From the NCBI GenBank assembly GCA_964016885.1, contig OZ024740.1:254572001-254636000 (forward strand): DNA of 64,000 nt, given 5' to 3'. Shown here piece by piece: positions 13,101-26,067 of this stretch (the first letter of the stretch is position 1; each line of letters begins with the position of its first letter). The position numbers were made by a program, and so were the translations under genes. Source of the DNA: Eledone cirrhosa (Eukaryota). Under the pieces are notes generated by a model, which saw nothing but the letters and a program-made list of their open reading frames with translations, was not told the DNA's origin and did not search any database.

Positions 13101-14189
13101 TGGGTGCATAAAAGATGTAGTGGGATCACAGGTAAGCTAACTAAGAATATAGATTTTATATGTGGCCGGTGCTCAGATGCAATAAGTAGCAGCAAATGCT
13201 CACAGAATACTAGCTCATTCCATTGCTCAGATGGTTCTATAGAAATAGTGGACACCTTCCGTTACCTGGGTGACAAAATCAGCAGTGGTGGAGGGTGCTC
13301 TGAAAGTACAGTAGCTAGAGTCAGAACTGGATGGAAAAAGTTCAGAGAGCTTATACCACTATTGGCCGCTAAAGGTTTCTCTCTAAAAATGAAAGGCAGG
13401 CTGTATGATGCCTGCATACGAACAGCGGTGAGACTTGGGCATTGTGTGCAGAGGATATACGCAGACTGGAGAGGAACGAAGCTTGCATGCTCCGTTGGAT
13501 GTGTAATAGTAATATACGTGAATGGCAAAGCATAAATGAACTAAGTGAGAAGTTAGGTATAAGAGGGATCAGATGCTGTTTACTCGAGAGAAGACTACGT
13601 TGGTATGGTCATGTGATGCGCATGAAAGACGACAGCTGTATAAAAAAGTGCAGGGCGATAGAAATAGACGGTAGCCACGGTGTAGGCAGACCCAGAAAAA
13701 CCTGGGACGAATTGATAAATTCCGACCTCACACACACCTCTCCAAGACAATGTCACTGGACCGAGATCTTTGGCGCTATGCAGTAATACAGAAGACCCGC
13801 CTTGCCTAAGTACAAAGCGAAACCTACAGTCAGTAGGCACCTCTTAACCAAAATACACCCCCGTCCCACTACTCCTACACCACCCCTTTCGATGTAAAGT
13901 TATGTTGGTACCACAACATCCAGTCCTAAATAAATGAGGTCGTGTAGGTGTCGCGACGAAAAAAACACACAGTCCACACTGTAATGTGGCCGTGTAGGTA
14001 ACACGGTAAAAACCTCCCAGTTCCACACTGTAAACGTGGTTGGTGTTAGAAAGGGCATCCAGCCGTAGAAAACCCGTCAGACAGTCCTAATACGAGGAAG
14101 ACAACCAATCTTGCCTCAAGTGGGACAATTCCCGTCCAAACCCATACTAGCGTGGAAGATGGACGTTAAACGATGATGATGATGATGAT
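10167..14189 (+). mobile_element. Near full-length decayed RTE LINE (APE + RT + PHD-like finger)
   Basis: APE motifs (GDLNGHVG, SQIDYIL), RT motifs (FVDLEKAFD, YADD), C4HC3 insert, (GAT)n tail. Confidence 0.92.
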
Positions 14190-14281
14190 TATCTATAAAC
14201 ATACCGTATTTCTTTAGAAATACGAAATTCCAATACATATCTGTATACAGGTATGCTTGAAGCTAAATCCTAATTCTATTA

Positions 14282-14315
<34 letters not shown>

Positions 14316-15329
14316 AAATCAGCAGTGCAGGAAGGTGCTCTAAAAGTACAGTAGTCAGAGTTAGAACGGGATTGAAAAATTCAGAGAGCTAATGCCGCTG
14401 TTGGCCACAAAAGGCCACTAAAGTGGTCATGTAGGTGTCACGACAAAAAGCACTCAATCCACGCTGTAAAGTGGTTGTGCAGGAGACACGGTAAAAAGGT
14501 TCCCAGTCCACACTGTAAACGTGGTTGGTGTTAGGAAGGGCATCCAACTGTAGAAAACCTGCCAAGTACAGTTCTATACGAGCGAGACACGGTCACCAGA
14601 TCAATCTTACCTCAAGTGGGATAATTCCCGCCAAACCCATGCTAGCGTGGAAGATAGACGTTAAATGATGATGATATACGCACACACATACACACACATA
14701 TATATATATCATCATCATCATCATCGTTTAACGTCCATATTCTACGCTTGCATGATATACATATATAAAATTATATACATATACATAGTAATAATAATTA
14801 TGAAGACTAAAATCCGAAAGAGGGCTTGATAAGGATTATATATATAAAATATAAAACCCGTAGAGCAAATATTTATTATTTGAGCAGATTAAAGTTTAAG
14901 AAAGCAATTGCTGCTTTCACAGGATCTTCTGAAACTGAGAAAAATCAATCTGTAAATGTAGTAATAAGTATTTAAAAAAACGTTATAACCGGTGGACGTT
15001 ACATTGGTTTGTGAAGACATTCTCTGGCGATGGATGAAAAATCTGCAAGGATAATTACATCACTTGATACATCACCAGCTATTTCTCTCTTTTTCTCCTG
15101 CCTCCTTCTCTCTCTCGCTATGTCTCCCTTTCAATCTAATCTCTCAAAACCACTACCACTTTCTCTTTACCTTTCTCTCTCTCTATTTATGAAGGTACCC
15201 GGAAAAAACCCATATCTGGGAACCCTTGCTCCGATTTATGTGAAACTTGTTTTATTCCATTTGTATTCCCATTTCAGGGGCAACTTCCTTTCAAAGTAGT
15301 TTCCCATTATGTGTCGTTTTGGTTGTATT

Positions 15330-15632
15330 GAGGTTAACTTTGCCTTTCATCCTTACGGGGTCGATAAAATAAAGTACCAGTAATGCACTGGGTATTTGCT
15401 GGCCTTGTGCCTAAAGTAGAAACAATTATATTACAGTCAAGGGTGGTGGATTGGCAGTATCGGTAGAGAGTCGGACGTCGTGCTTTGCAGCATAGCTACG
15501 GCCCCTTACGGTCTGAGTTCAAATCCCGCCGAGGTTAACTTTGCCTTTTATCCTTATGGGGTCGATAAAATAAAGTACCAGTAATACACTGGGTAATTGC
15601 TGGCCTTGTGCCAAAAGTAGAAACAATTATAT
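15330..15632 (+). mobile_element. Two tandem SINE family 1 copies (partial, then full)
   Basis: Core and tail present twice. Confidence 0.8.
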
Positions 15633-15914
15633 TACAGACAAGACACATTCACAGTTTTAATAGTATATAGAAATCCTCACTTACGCATGCTCTCACACTG
15701 GCCAACACACTGGCATGAGCCTCAATCCTATAACAATACTTTTAATGTTCTCATCATTATTTACTTTACTATTATTAATAACTTCAGTCATTTTCGTTTA
15801 ATCATTTTATTTACATCATTCTCAAAATTCGTAGCTGGAAATCATTTAGTTATTCTGAATGGAATATTGGTCTAACGATTTATTTCAAAGCATAAATGTT
15901 TTATTCCTTGCATA

Positions 15915-17452
15915 TTTTTCATCCATCACCAGAGAATGTCTTCATGAACCAATGTAACGTCTTCCTGTTTTCCTTTGGTTGTAACGTTTTTTGAAATATT
16001 TACTTGTGTCTTCAGATTGATTTTCTCAGTTTCAAAAGATAAACCCATATAAGGGTGAAAGCAGCGGTTCTTTGCTTAAACTTTAATCTGTACAAATAAT
16101 TAAAATATACATATATATATATTAATATACATATATATATAAATATACATATATATATATATCAACTAGAAATTGATTGGCATATATATATCAGGGGCAA
16201 AGGGTCCATGCATGCAGTGCATGCGTTATAGAATCTTGAGTTGATCAATTGCGTCGGTTGAAGCAAGCAGAATTTTGGTTGCTTACTAAAACGTATAAAC
16301 ACAAAAAAAGATAACACACACACACACACGACAGCTTTGGGGCAAGCAGAATTTTGACTACTTACTAAATCGTAGACACATAAAAAGATAACACACACAC
16401 ACACAAGATAACACTACATGCGGCTTTAACCGGGGGGTCATTTAGAGGGAATGAGGGGGGGGGGGGGCTGCATAGCCCCACTTTCCGCCATGGCGATTGG
16501 ACTGCATGCCCTGCTTTCCAGGTTACCCTTCGCCATTGATATATATATATACAAAATAAACATATGAAACAATCACAGGCAATAATTTGTAAAGTGTGTA
16601 AGCACACACAGCTAGGTAGGTAACTAATTAAAGTTTAACGAGAACTTCAAATATAGATAACTTTTAAAATGATTAATCTCCTTTGTGTATATCTCATTAA
16701 AGAAATATATTTCACCATCAATCGGTAAATCACAGTAGTCTAGCTGTCGATAACAATATTCACGCCACTGGGATGATGCTGGTACGATGTGTGTAGTTTT
16801 AAAAAATGAAACACGTGCTTCGAGTCATTCACAGATTTGCATTTGCTGTGTAAACACAGATAGTTAAATCTTCTCCCTTGTTGAAAATCCGGGATTTGAC
16901 TACTGTGAGTTTACGGATTAATGGTGAAATATATTTCTTTAATGAAATATATACAAGGAAGATTAATCATTTTAAAAGGTATCTATATTTGAAGTTCTAG
17001 TTAAACTTTAATTAGTTACCTACCTAGCTATGTGTGCTTACACACTTTTACAAAGTATTCCCTGTGATTGTTTCATATGTTTATTTTAGATATATATATA
17101 TATGTCAATCAATTTCTAGTTGATATAAAATGCTCGGATCTATTCATTAGAATGTTTGAGCATATTCTACAGTGGATGTGGCGCACGCCTCTCAGACATG
17201 ACACCCTTAATTTAATTTTGTATATATATATATATATATATAAATATATATATATGTATATTTATTATTTGTACAGATTAAAGTTTAAGCAAAGAATCAC
17301 TGCTTTCACCCTTATACGGGTTTATCTTCTGAAACTGAGAAAAATCAATTTGAAGACACAGAAGTAAATATTTCAAAAAACGTTACAACCGAAGGAAAAC
17401 AGGAAGATGTTACATTGGTTCATGAAGACATTCTCTGGTGATGGATGAAAAG
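15915..17452. repeat. Nested inverted repeat (outer arms about 15915-16110 / 17250-17452; inner arms about 16160-16740 / 16898-17124)
   Basis: Arms are reverse complements with modest divergence; a third copy of the outer arm lies at about 14870-15045. Confidence 0.85.
16192..16538. mobile_element. MITE, hAT-like termini, inserted in (TA)n within the left inner arm
   Basis: TIRs CAGGGGCAAAGGGT / ACCCTTCGCCATTG; absent from the mirror arm; internal tandem duplication. Confidence 0.65.
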
Positions 17453-17649
17453 TATTGAACCAACCAACCAACCAACCAACCGGAAAATAGTTATCCATGA
17501 CGCAATATTAGGAAAAGCACTCGTGACATAACTCAATCATCTTTGGTGTAAGATTCTGTTGGTGGTGCGTAAACGGAGTTAAATATTATTGAATAAAGTG
17601 ACAAGAAGTCAAAAGGTTGAGATTCCTTTAAAATATTTATTTCTGCAGA

Positions 17650-17699
17650 CACTATATATATTTCAATGGCCAGTAGAATTCTAGTGACATTATCAGGTG
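17650..17699 (-). ncRNA. Degenerate hammerhead motif
   Basis: CAC-CTGATAA-stem II-GAAA-TATATA-TA|GTG; the C3/A8 pair is mismatched. Confidence 0.45.
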
Positions 17700-17954
17700 C
17701 ATTGCAAAACAATCATAAAAGAATCATGGTAACACAAGCTGGGTACACAGAAACAAAAAATAAAATTGGATATATTTGATTCAGGGGTAGCCTACGTCCA
17801 TTGTTTAGACTGACTGCCCCTGTACGTAGCATGTGTTTTTATTGGCAGCATGACCCTCCCAAAGTATAATAATATCTGTTTCAACATGTTTTCAGATAAG
17901 AAATCTTGCAAAACAAATTAAAAAACAAAATATATATATATATTCATATATACA

Positions 17955-20900
17955 TTCCATAGGTCTCTCAACTTGCTTTTCTTCTGTCTAAATCCTTTTC
18001 GTCACTCATTTTGTTTATATTTCATCCTTTCTGTTACTCTTTTCGTCCCTCACGTCTTTCGGACGTCTCTCCTTTGCCATATCCCCAATTCCCTCCCTTC
18101 TGCCCCCTCACACAACCATTGCCATATCGACACATTGACCTATCAATTCACTGCAGCACCAACATGTAATTACTAACTCAATCCCTATCACATTCATCTC
18201 TACTACTCTTAGGACAGTTGTTTTTGGACCTGTTGTTCTGTATGGAATATGCATTATTAAGTTGGAGCACTCCTAAACAATGAATATGAACCCACTAACC
18301 TCCTCTAGATGTCCACGTTATCGCTCTTCTTTATTTCAGACATGGAAAACCAACACCAACTCACCCCTTACACCCTCTACCAAGTTTTCATCTTCTCCCT
18401 CTCACTCTCCCATTGTACGCCATAACTTCAGAGTTGGCACCATCAATGCTGGCACAATGAAAGGTAGATCTGAAGAGATTGTAGAGATGCTTGAATGAAA
18501 GAAATTTGATGTGTGCTGTGTATAAGGGATGAGATGAAGAGGTATGTCAGCTAGATTTCTCATGGGCAAAAAACCATGCTACAAATTTTTCTGGGTGGGA
18601 AATGACGATGGGCTGAGTAGAGTAGGGATTTTGGTAGCAGAAATTTGCTGTAAATAGAGTAAACGACAGAATAATTAAAGTTGGACTTGTACTAAATAGA
18701 GCAGCGATGACAGTTATATCTGCAAACGCACCTCAATTTGGACTGCCAGACATACTAAAAAGACAGGTTTTATGAGTTCCTAATGCACGCAGCCTCCCAA
18801 ATAAATGAGTGGTCTCATACTCATTGCAGGTGACTTTAATGGGCATGTTGGGCAACACTGTAAGGGTTTCAATGGGATCCACAGCGGTTATGGGTTCAGT
18901 GCTAGAAATGAGGAAGACTACTGGAATTCTGTAACACAAATGACCTATTTATCTTTAACACGAACTTCAAAAAATGAGACAACCATTTAATCACCTATAG
19001 ATCTGGTGGACATGCCAACCAAATAGATTTCATTCTCACCAGAACACGAGACAGAGTGACGGTTAGGAACACAAAATCCCTCCCAAGTGAAGAATGCACC
19101 TCCCAACATAATTTAGTAGTTAGTGACCTTACAGTCAGGGCTAGAAAAACCCAGCAACGGCAACCAATCTGGAGGAGGAGAGTATGGAAGTTAAAAAAAA
19201 CCATCAAACAGTAACAAATTTAGAAATATGTTGACTGACACCTTTGACAATAAGGAAGAGCAAAAAGACTTATGATATAGAGGAACAGTGGGAGTTCTTG
19301 AAAGTAACCTACTGAAGGTGATTGATGAAACCTGTGGCTGGAGTAGGTCTCTAGGGACATGGAGGGTGACTTTGTGATGAAATAGTAAAGTAGATGAATC
19401 AATTAAAACCAAAAGGCAGGCTTGGAAGGATTGGCAAAATAGAGGTAGCAGCAAAGTCTACCAGAAGGATAGGAGAGAAGCTAGGTGACAAGTATACATT
19501 GCAAGAAGGGAAGCAGAAGACAAAAATTTAAAGCACATTTTGCAGCATGAGGATCAAAGGCATGAGGTGTTCAGGATCGCAAGACTGTCAGGGAAAATTG
19601 TAATGTCGTTGGGAAGAAGTGTGTCTGAAATGATCTCAGCGAACTTGCCCTCACTGATGCTGAAAAGAAGGTAGCATGGAAGTGCCACTATGAAAGATTA
19701 CTGAATGAGGAGAATGCATGGGATGAAGACAGTTTGTCTCATGTCGGCCCAACAGAGAGACTGGCTGTACAAGTTAGTAGTAGTATGGTAAGTAAGGCAA
19801 TCAAGGATATGAAGTCAGGCAGAGAGCTGGTCCCTCAGGGATAGTTGCTGAGATGCTGAAAGCATCAGGTATGATGGGCCACACCATAATCTCCTGCATT
19901 ATAAACCAAGTTATACAAAATGGTGTCATACCCAATGATTGGTGTAGCAGTATCATCATAAACTGCTACAAGGGCAAAGGTGATGCTCTAGATAGGGAAA
20001 TCTATAGAGGCATTAAGTTGGTTGACCAGGTTATGAAAGTCACTGAAAGAGTCATAACTCTGCTGATTAGGGAAGAGTTAACCTAGATGAGATGCAGTTT
20101 GGGTTTGTACCAGTTAAAAGTACCACAGATGCCTTCTTCTTTGTAAAACAACTGCAGGAGAAGTACCTAGCTAAGAGTAAACTCCTCTACTTGGCTTTTG
20201 TAGACCTGGAGAAAGCTTTTGGCAGAGTTCCCCATTCTATTATCTGGTGGACTCTCAGAAAACTAGTTATAGACGAGTGGCTTGTGAGGGCAGTACAAGC
20301 CATGTACAGAAGAACAGTCAGCAAGGTCAGAATTATCAATGACTATAGCGAAGAATTTAGTGTGCAGGTTGGTGTCCACCAAGGCTCAGTTCATAGCCCC
20401 CTCATGTTTATTATCACCCTACAGGCAATAACGGAGGAGTTTAAGACTGACTTGCCCTTGGGAACATCTCTATGCAGATGACCTAACCCTTATAGCTAAA
20501 TTAAAGATGAAATTCCAAACCTGGAAGAACGGCCTGGAATCTAAAGATCTTAATGTCAACTTAGCAAAGACTAAAGTTCTAGTAAGTTGAAAGGTTAACA
20601 GGGCCCAGATCTCCTTGAGGAAATGGCCTTGCTTAGTGTGCATGAAAGGCGTAAGTAGGAATTCCATCCTATGTCTCTTTTGCAAGCTATGAGAACGCAA
20701 GAGATGTAGTGGGATCTCCGGCACGCTAAACAAAGAATGTAGGTATTACATATGGCTGGTGCACAGAAACAATAAGTAGCAAGAGCTCTCAAGATACAAT
20801 CACCTTCAAATACTCAGAGGGCTCTATAGAAGTGGTAGATAGCTTCTGTTAGCTGGGTGACCAAATCAGCAATGGGGCAGGGTGTTTCGAAAGTACAGTA

Positions 20901-21782
20901 GCCAGAGTGAGATCAGGTTAAAGAAAGTTCAGGAATCTACTACCACTGCTAATTACAAAAGGTTTTTCACTCAAAATGAAAGACAGACTGTATGATGCAT
21001 GTATAAGAACTATGTTGCACAGCAGTGAGACCTGGGCTCTGTGTGCAGAGGACCTGCGAAGATTTGAAAGAAATGAAGCCTCCATGCTTCAATGGATGTG
21101 CAATAGCAATATATGTGAATGGCAAAGCATAAATGAACTATGCGAGAAATTAGATATATGAGGGATCAGATGTTGTGTGCAGGAGAGGAGATTGCATTAG
21201 TATGGACATGTGATGAGTATGAAGAATGACAGTTGTATAAAAAGGTGCAGAGTGCTCAAATTTGATGGTAGCCATGGAATAGGCAGGCCTAGGAAGACTT
21301 GGGATGAGGTAATAAGAGCTGACTTTGCTCAATTACATCCCACTAAGGCGATGACACAGGACCTCTGGCGCTATGAAGTATTACAGAAGACCTGCCCTCT
21401 ATTATTCTCGGGCTGAGGCATATACCTAGTAGGCAATACCATTCTCGACCATCTCCCCTCTCATAAATCTTCTTTATATCTACGTCACCAATTTCCCAAA
21501 GCATCTTCCCCACCCCTCCCAAGTTCCCAACCTCCTCTATAAAGTGATGCCCCCTGGAGCCACGACAAAAGATCCCAGCCCACTATAGGTGTCATGACAA
21601 AAAGCACCTAGCACACACTGTAAATGTGGTTGGTATTAGGAAGGGCATCCGGCTGTAGAAACCAAGCCAAAATCAGTTCTTTTTGAGCGAATCATGGTCC
21701 CCTGACCAGATCCCTCACAAAGGGACAGCCCGTCCTACCCATGCTAGTGTGGAAGATGGACGTTAAACAATGATGATGATGA
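17955..21782 (+). mobile_element. Near full-length, heavily decayed RTE LINE
   Basis: APE (GDFNGHVG), RT (FVDLEKAF, GVHQGS), 3' UTR and (GAT)n tail. Confidence 0.9.
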
Positions 21783-21809
21783 TATACATATATATATATA
21801 TAATAACAA

Positions 21810-21920
21810 TAATTGTTTCTACTTTAGGCACAAGGCCAGCAATTACCAGTGCATTACTGGTACTTTATTTTATCGACCCCGTAAGGATGAAAGGCAAAGT
21901 CAACCTCGGCGGGATTTGAA
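21810..21920 (-). mobile_element. SINE family 1, 5'-truncated
   Basis: Core and tail match. Confidence 0.8.
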
Positions 21921-22473
21921 TAACATATAATATATATAATAACAATAATACAAAGTCATTGGATATGACCGAAAAATCTTCTATTGTTTTCCCACTCACT
22001 CACTCGTTTTAATTAAGCTAGTATCCTTAAAATACCAACCCAAATGACAACAGAGTGCAGACTAATACATTAAATAGTGAGAAGAATGATTTCATGTGGA
22101 TAGAGAATTAGATTCTCTCTTCTCTGATTAATTTATTAGTTTCCACTGCTCCATCTGCTGGTAACAGTCCATATGGAGTTGGCGTTCACAGAAAATTAGG
22201 TAATGCTTATTACTCTTTTACCTGTTCCAGCCATCTGGCTGAGGCCATGTTGGGGCACCGCCCTTGTTGTTACATGTTCTATATCCAGCTTGCATTGGCT
22301 GGCCATTGATGTAGGAGGGAGTTTGTTGCTGATGCCCTTAGGTTACCTTCGTTCCATCCTGTGGGCTCATCTGGGATCCTGGATAGCAGAGTGTCAAGAT
22401 GTTTCTTGAAAACATTCACGCCCACACCATGCAGATCTCTCAAATTTCTTGGCAGCTTATTAAAGAGTTGCGA

Positions 22474-22920
22474 TTGTCATCAATTATCCACCCTTTGCTT
22501 ATGCTGGAATCTACTAGATGGTGCTACGTCATCAGTTTTCAAAATCTTTATTTATAAACATACCGTATATCGCTAGATATACTAAATACTCATATGTATA
22601 CAGCTATGCTAGAGTGAATACCTTAATTCTATTTTTCGGCCGAGCCTGCTGATAGCTTTATATGCAAGTGAGGCTAATCAGCCCATGCCAAAACTATATG
22701 TTTTCGCTTATATTGAGTTCCAGCAAAGAGCAGGGTAAAGAAGCACTGACTTGATAACGGCCAAAGCCAGAAATGATGTTGTCATTAGTTACCCACCCTT
22801 TGCTTATGCTGGGATCCGCTAGATGGCACTATTTCATCAGTTTCCAACTTCATAGCCGAAGGCTTTCAAAAGGTTTATCCGTAAACATGCTGTATCACTA
22901 AATATACTAAATACTCATAC
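22474..22920 (+). mobile_element. Retrozyme-like partial tandem, 305-bp period, one HHR
   Basis: CCACCCTTTGCTTATGCTGG at 22488 and 22793; related to the 9777-10166 family. Confidence 0.7.
22747..22784 (+). ncRNA. Type I hammerhead, U3-A8 core variant
   Basis: TGAC-TTGATAA-C-GGC(caaa)GCC-A-GAAA-TGATG-TT|GTCA. Confidence 0.65.
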
Positions 22921-23309
22921 TTATATATATTTATATATATACACACATATCATTCATCATCATTTCATTTTTCGTCCGCTTTTTCCTTGCTTGCAAGGGT
23001 GGGACGGGAACAGATGCTGGCTTGATTTCTACAGCTGGATGCCCTTCCTAACACCAACCTCATTTACAGTGAGTGCTGGGTGCTTTTTTGCTGTGGCACC
23101 TCCACGACCACTTTGCAGTGGAATGATAAGGACCCCAGTCCCTATCATCTCATTTTTACAGCTGAGTAAACTGGAGCAATGTGAAATAAAGTGTTTTGCT
23201 GAAGGAAACAACACATCACCCGGTCTGAGAATTGAACTCACAACCTTTCGATTGCAAGGCCAATGCTCTAACCACTAAGCCATGTGCCTCCATATATACA
23301 TACATATGC

Positions 23310-24575
23310 ATGCAACTCCATCCTCTGCCCCAAATGCAAACAATGGGTACACTAGAGATATAGTGGAATCTCAGGAAGCTTAACTAAGAATGTAGGCTTC
23401 ACATGTAGCAGCTGCGCTGGGACAGCAAACAGCAAACGGCCACAGGAAACAAGCACCACCAAACTCTGGGAGGGCTCTGTAGAAACAATAGACAGCTTCT
23501 GCTACCTGGTGACCGAATTAGCAGTGAAGGTGGGTGTTCGGAAAGTACAATAACTAGGGTAAGAACGGGATGGAAGAAGTTCAGTGAGCTACTGCCATTA
23601 CTAGCTGCAAAAGGCTTTTCCCTCAAAATGAAAGGCAGATTGTATGATGCGTGCATATGAATAGCAATGTTACATGCTCACCATTTCCTGATAAGATCAG
23701 GATTCTGTCTTCTTTCCTAAGTATAATTTTAGTTTTTCCCAAATTTACATATAAGCCCTTTTGAATTCTGATCAGTTCTGTTTCCAAAGCCATAATTTCT
23801 TCTCCAACCCTTCCATTGATTCAAAACCAGGTCATCAGCTAACAGAAGTTCCCTTGGGCAGCCAGTCGTAAGTCCTGTTATGGCCTAAAGGACTATTACA
23901 AACAAAAATGAGCCCTGATGAACACTTACCTGCACATTGAGTTTCCCACATCCTACTCTCACTTTGCTGACAGCACCTCTGTACATGGTTTACACTGCTC
24001 CCTTAAGCCACTCATCAACACCCAGTTTCTTTAAGGACCACCAGCTAACAGATTGTAGATCTCTGTTAAAGGCTTTCTCCAGATCAAGAAAAACTAAATA
24101 TAACAATGCTTTGCATGTAGCTAGTAACCTTTCTTGTAGTTGTCTCTAGGAAGACAACATCTGTGGTGTTCCACTCTGACACCAAACCAAACTACATCCC
24201 AGCTAATTTGACTATTTACCTACTTAGTTGTGTTCAAATTCTATCTGTCACTTTCATAACTTGATTCATCGGCATTATGTCTCTCTACTTGCTCCTTTCA
24301 CAATTAATGATTTTACTGTTTTGTATGAGCAAGACATGGTCATGTGACCTGGCTTGTCTCGCAATGGGACAACATGTCTAACCCATGGCTAGCATGGAAA
24401 ATGGATGGTAAACGGGGATGATGGTGACGACTGCTATGCCAGTGATTGGGTCAGCATCATGTACAACCAGATTGACTATACAGGTGACTAACTCAATTCC
24501 TACTTCACAAAGATGATTTCAGCTTTTCAGTGACTATCTAATGGTCCAGTAGCTTTTCCATTTTTCATCTACCTC
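23310..24575. mobile_element. Jumbled RTE fragments (plus strand 23310-23680; minus strand about 23690-24575 with an RTE tail inside)
   Basis: RT and PHD-region similarity to the other RTE copies. Confidence 0.7.
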
Positions 24576-24876
24576 CTTGCTATAAAAAGTTAAACAACAA
24601 GAGCAACAGCAAGAAATTAAGAACTCAGGTAAAAGGTAAAATTCTGTTTAATTAAAGAAAACAAAACAATCCAGTATGAATAATTAAATATATAATTGCG
24701 GCTGTAATTAGAATTATGAATAACAAAAATAGGGGGAATAGAAATTGGGATACAACCAAAGTTTTCAGAGTTAAAAGCATTTTTTTGTTTATCATTCAAC
24801 TAACACTATAAAAATGTTCTCAAACATACACATATATAATATATTTATATATGTAAATATACACATTATATATATA

Positions 24877-25570
24877 CTAGTAGAAAAACCATCCTTTGGG
24901 TGGTTTTCTGCTAGCATGTGTAGTGTGCATATTGATGTTATATGCAAATATGTATGCATGTAGATAGGATACATCAAATAAAATCGTAATTGACAATATG
25001 CGCAGAAATTGAGGAGAGACTGTGTTACATTCTCTTCTGTAATCAGTAAAGTAATCCATGATACATTAAAAAAAGACGATATTGTATATAAACTGCATTT
25101 CGGTGAAATGTAATGAAAATGAAAAAGGAGAACATTAGCGACGGAAATATAAACGCTATATAACGATGCAAATATATGAAGGTTTATATAAACGATGTGT
25201 TATAGCGTATGGACGCTAACCAGAAGTGTAGACATTTGAAAACTTTAAAAGAAGTAATCTTAAAATAAGCAAACATTATATATAAGAATATTTATGTTTA
25301 ATCAAGAGCAACGAAATTTAGTACATAAATTATGTAATATTCATTCATTATTTATTCAAAGTACCAGCCGAGGTTAACTTTGCCTTTCATCCTTACGGGG
25401 TCGATAAAATAAAGTACCAGTAATGCACTGGGTAATTGCTGGCCTTGTGCCTAAAGTAGAAACAATTATTTATTCAAAGTACCAGTAATGCACTGGGTAA
25501 TTGCTGGCCTTGTGCCTAAAGTAGAAACAATTATTTATTCAAAGCAATCCAACTTATTTTACTAATGGGA
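24877..25570 (-). mobile_element. Candidate non-autonomous Helitron-like element containing a SINE; second copy at 46874-47421
   Basis: Minus strand A|TCCCATTAG ... hairpin AGAAAACC/GGTTTTTCT ... CTAG|T, no TSD; two copies share both ends. Confidence 0.55.
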
Positions 25571-26067
25571 TAAAAAAATATATTCAGGACACAGTTCCGC
25601 ACTCATCCCTTTATTATATTATAATATATCATCATCATCATCACTGTTTAACGTCTATTTCCATGCATGCATAGGTTAGATGGGTCGTCCATGTTAAGAG
25701 GTTATTCTGACCAGAATTGGGCATGCTTACCTTATTCCGAAGGGCCTGGGTTTTTACAGCTGGATGGCACCGTTATAAGGAGGGACAGGAAAGTTGACCA
25801 CGCCAAACCCTTCTCACAGCGAAACCATAGTTTGGCACCCGCAACTACATTTACAGTGTGGAACTGGGTGACACTGCCATGAGGAGGGACAGGCCAGTTG
25901 GTTGCGCCGAACCCTTCTCACAGTGGAACCACAGTTTGGGATCCTGGAACTGGATGGCTCCACTATGAGGAGGGTCAGGCCAGTTGGCCGCGCTGAACCC
26001 TTCTAACGGCGGAACCATAGTTGTGTATTTACATATACATACCGACATGTATATCATGTATATATAT

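Noticed and set aside
14795-14840. Possible permuted hammerhead (AATCC-GAAA...TTGATAA-GGATT)
   Set aside because: Only 6 nt between GAAA and the core, too few for stems III and I
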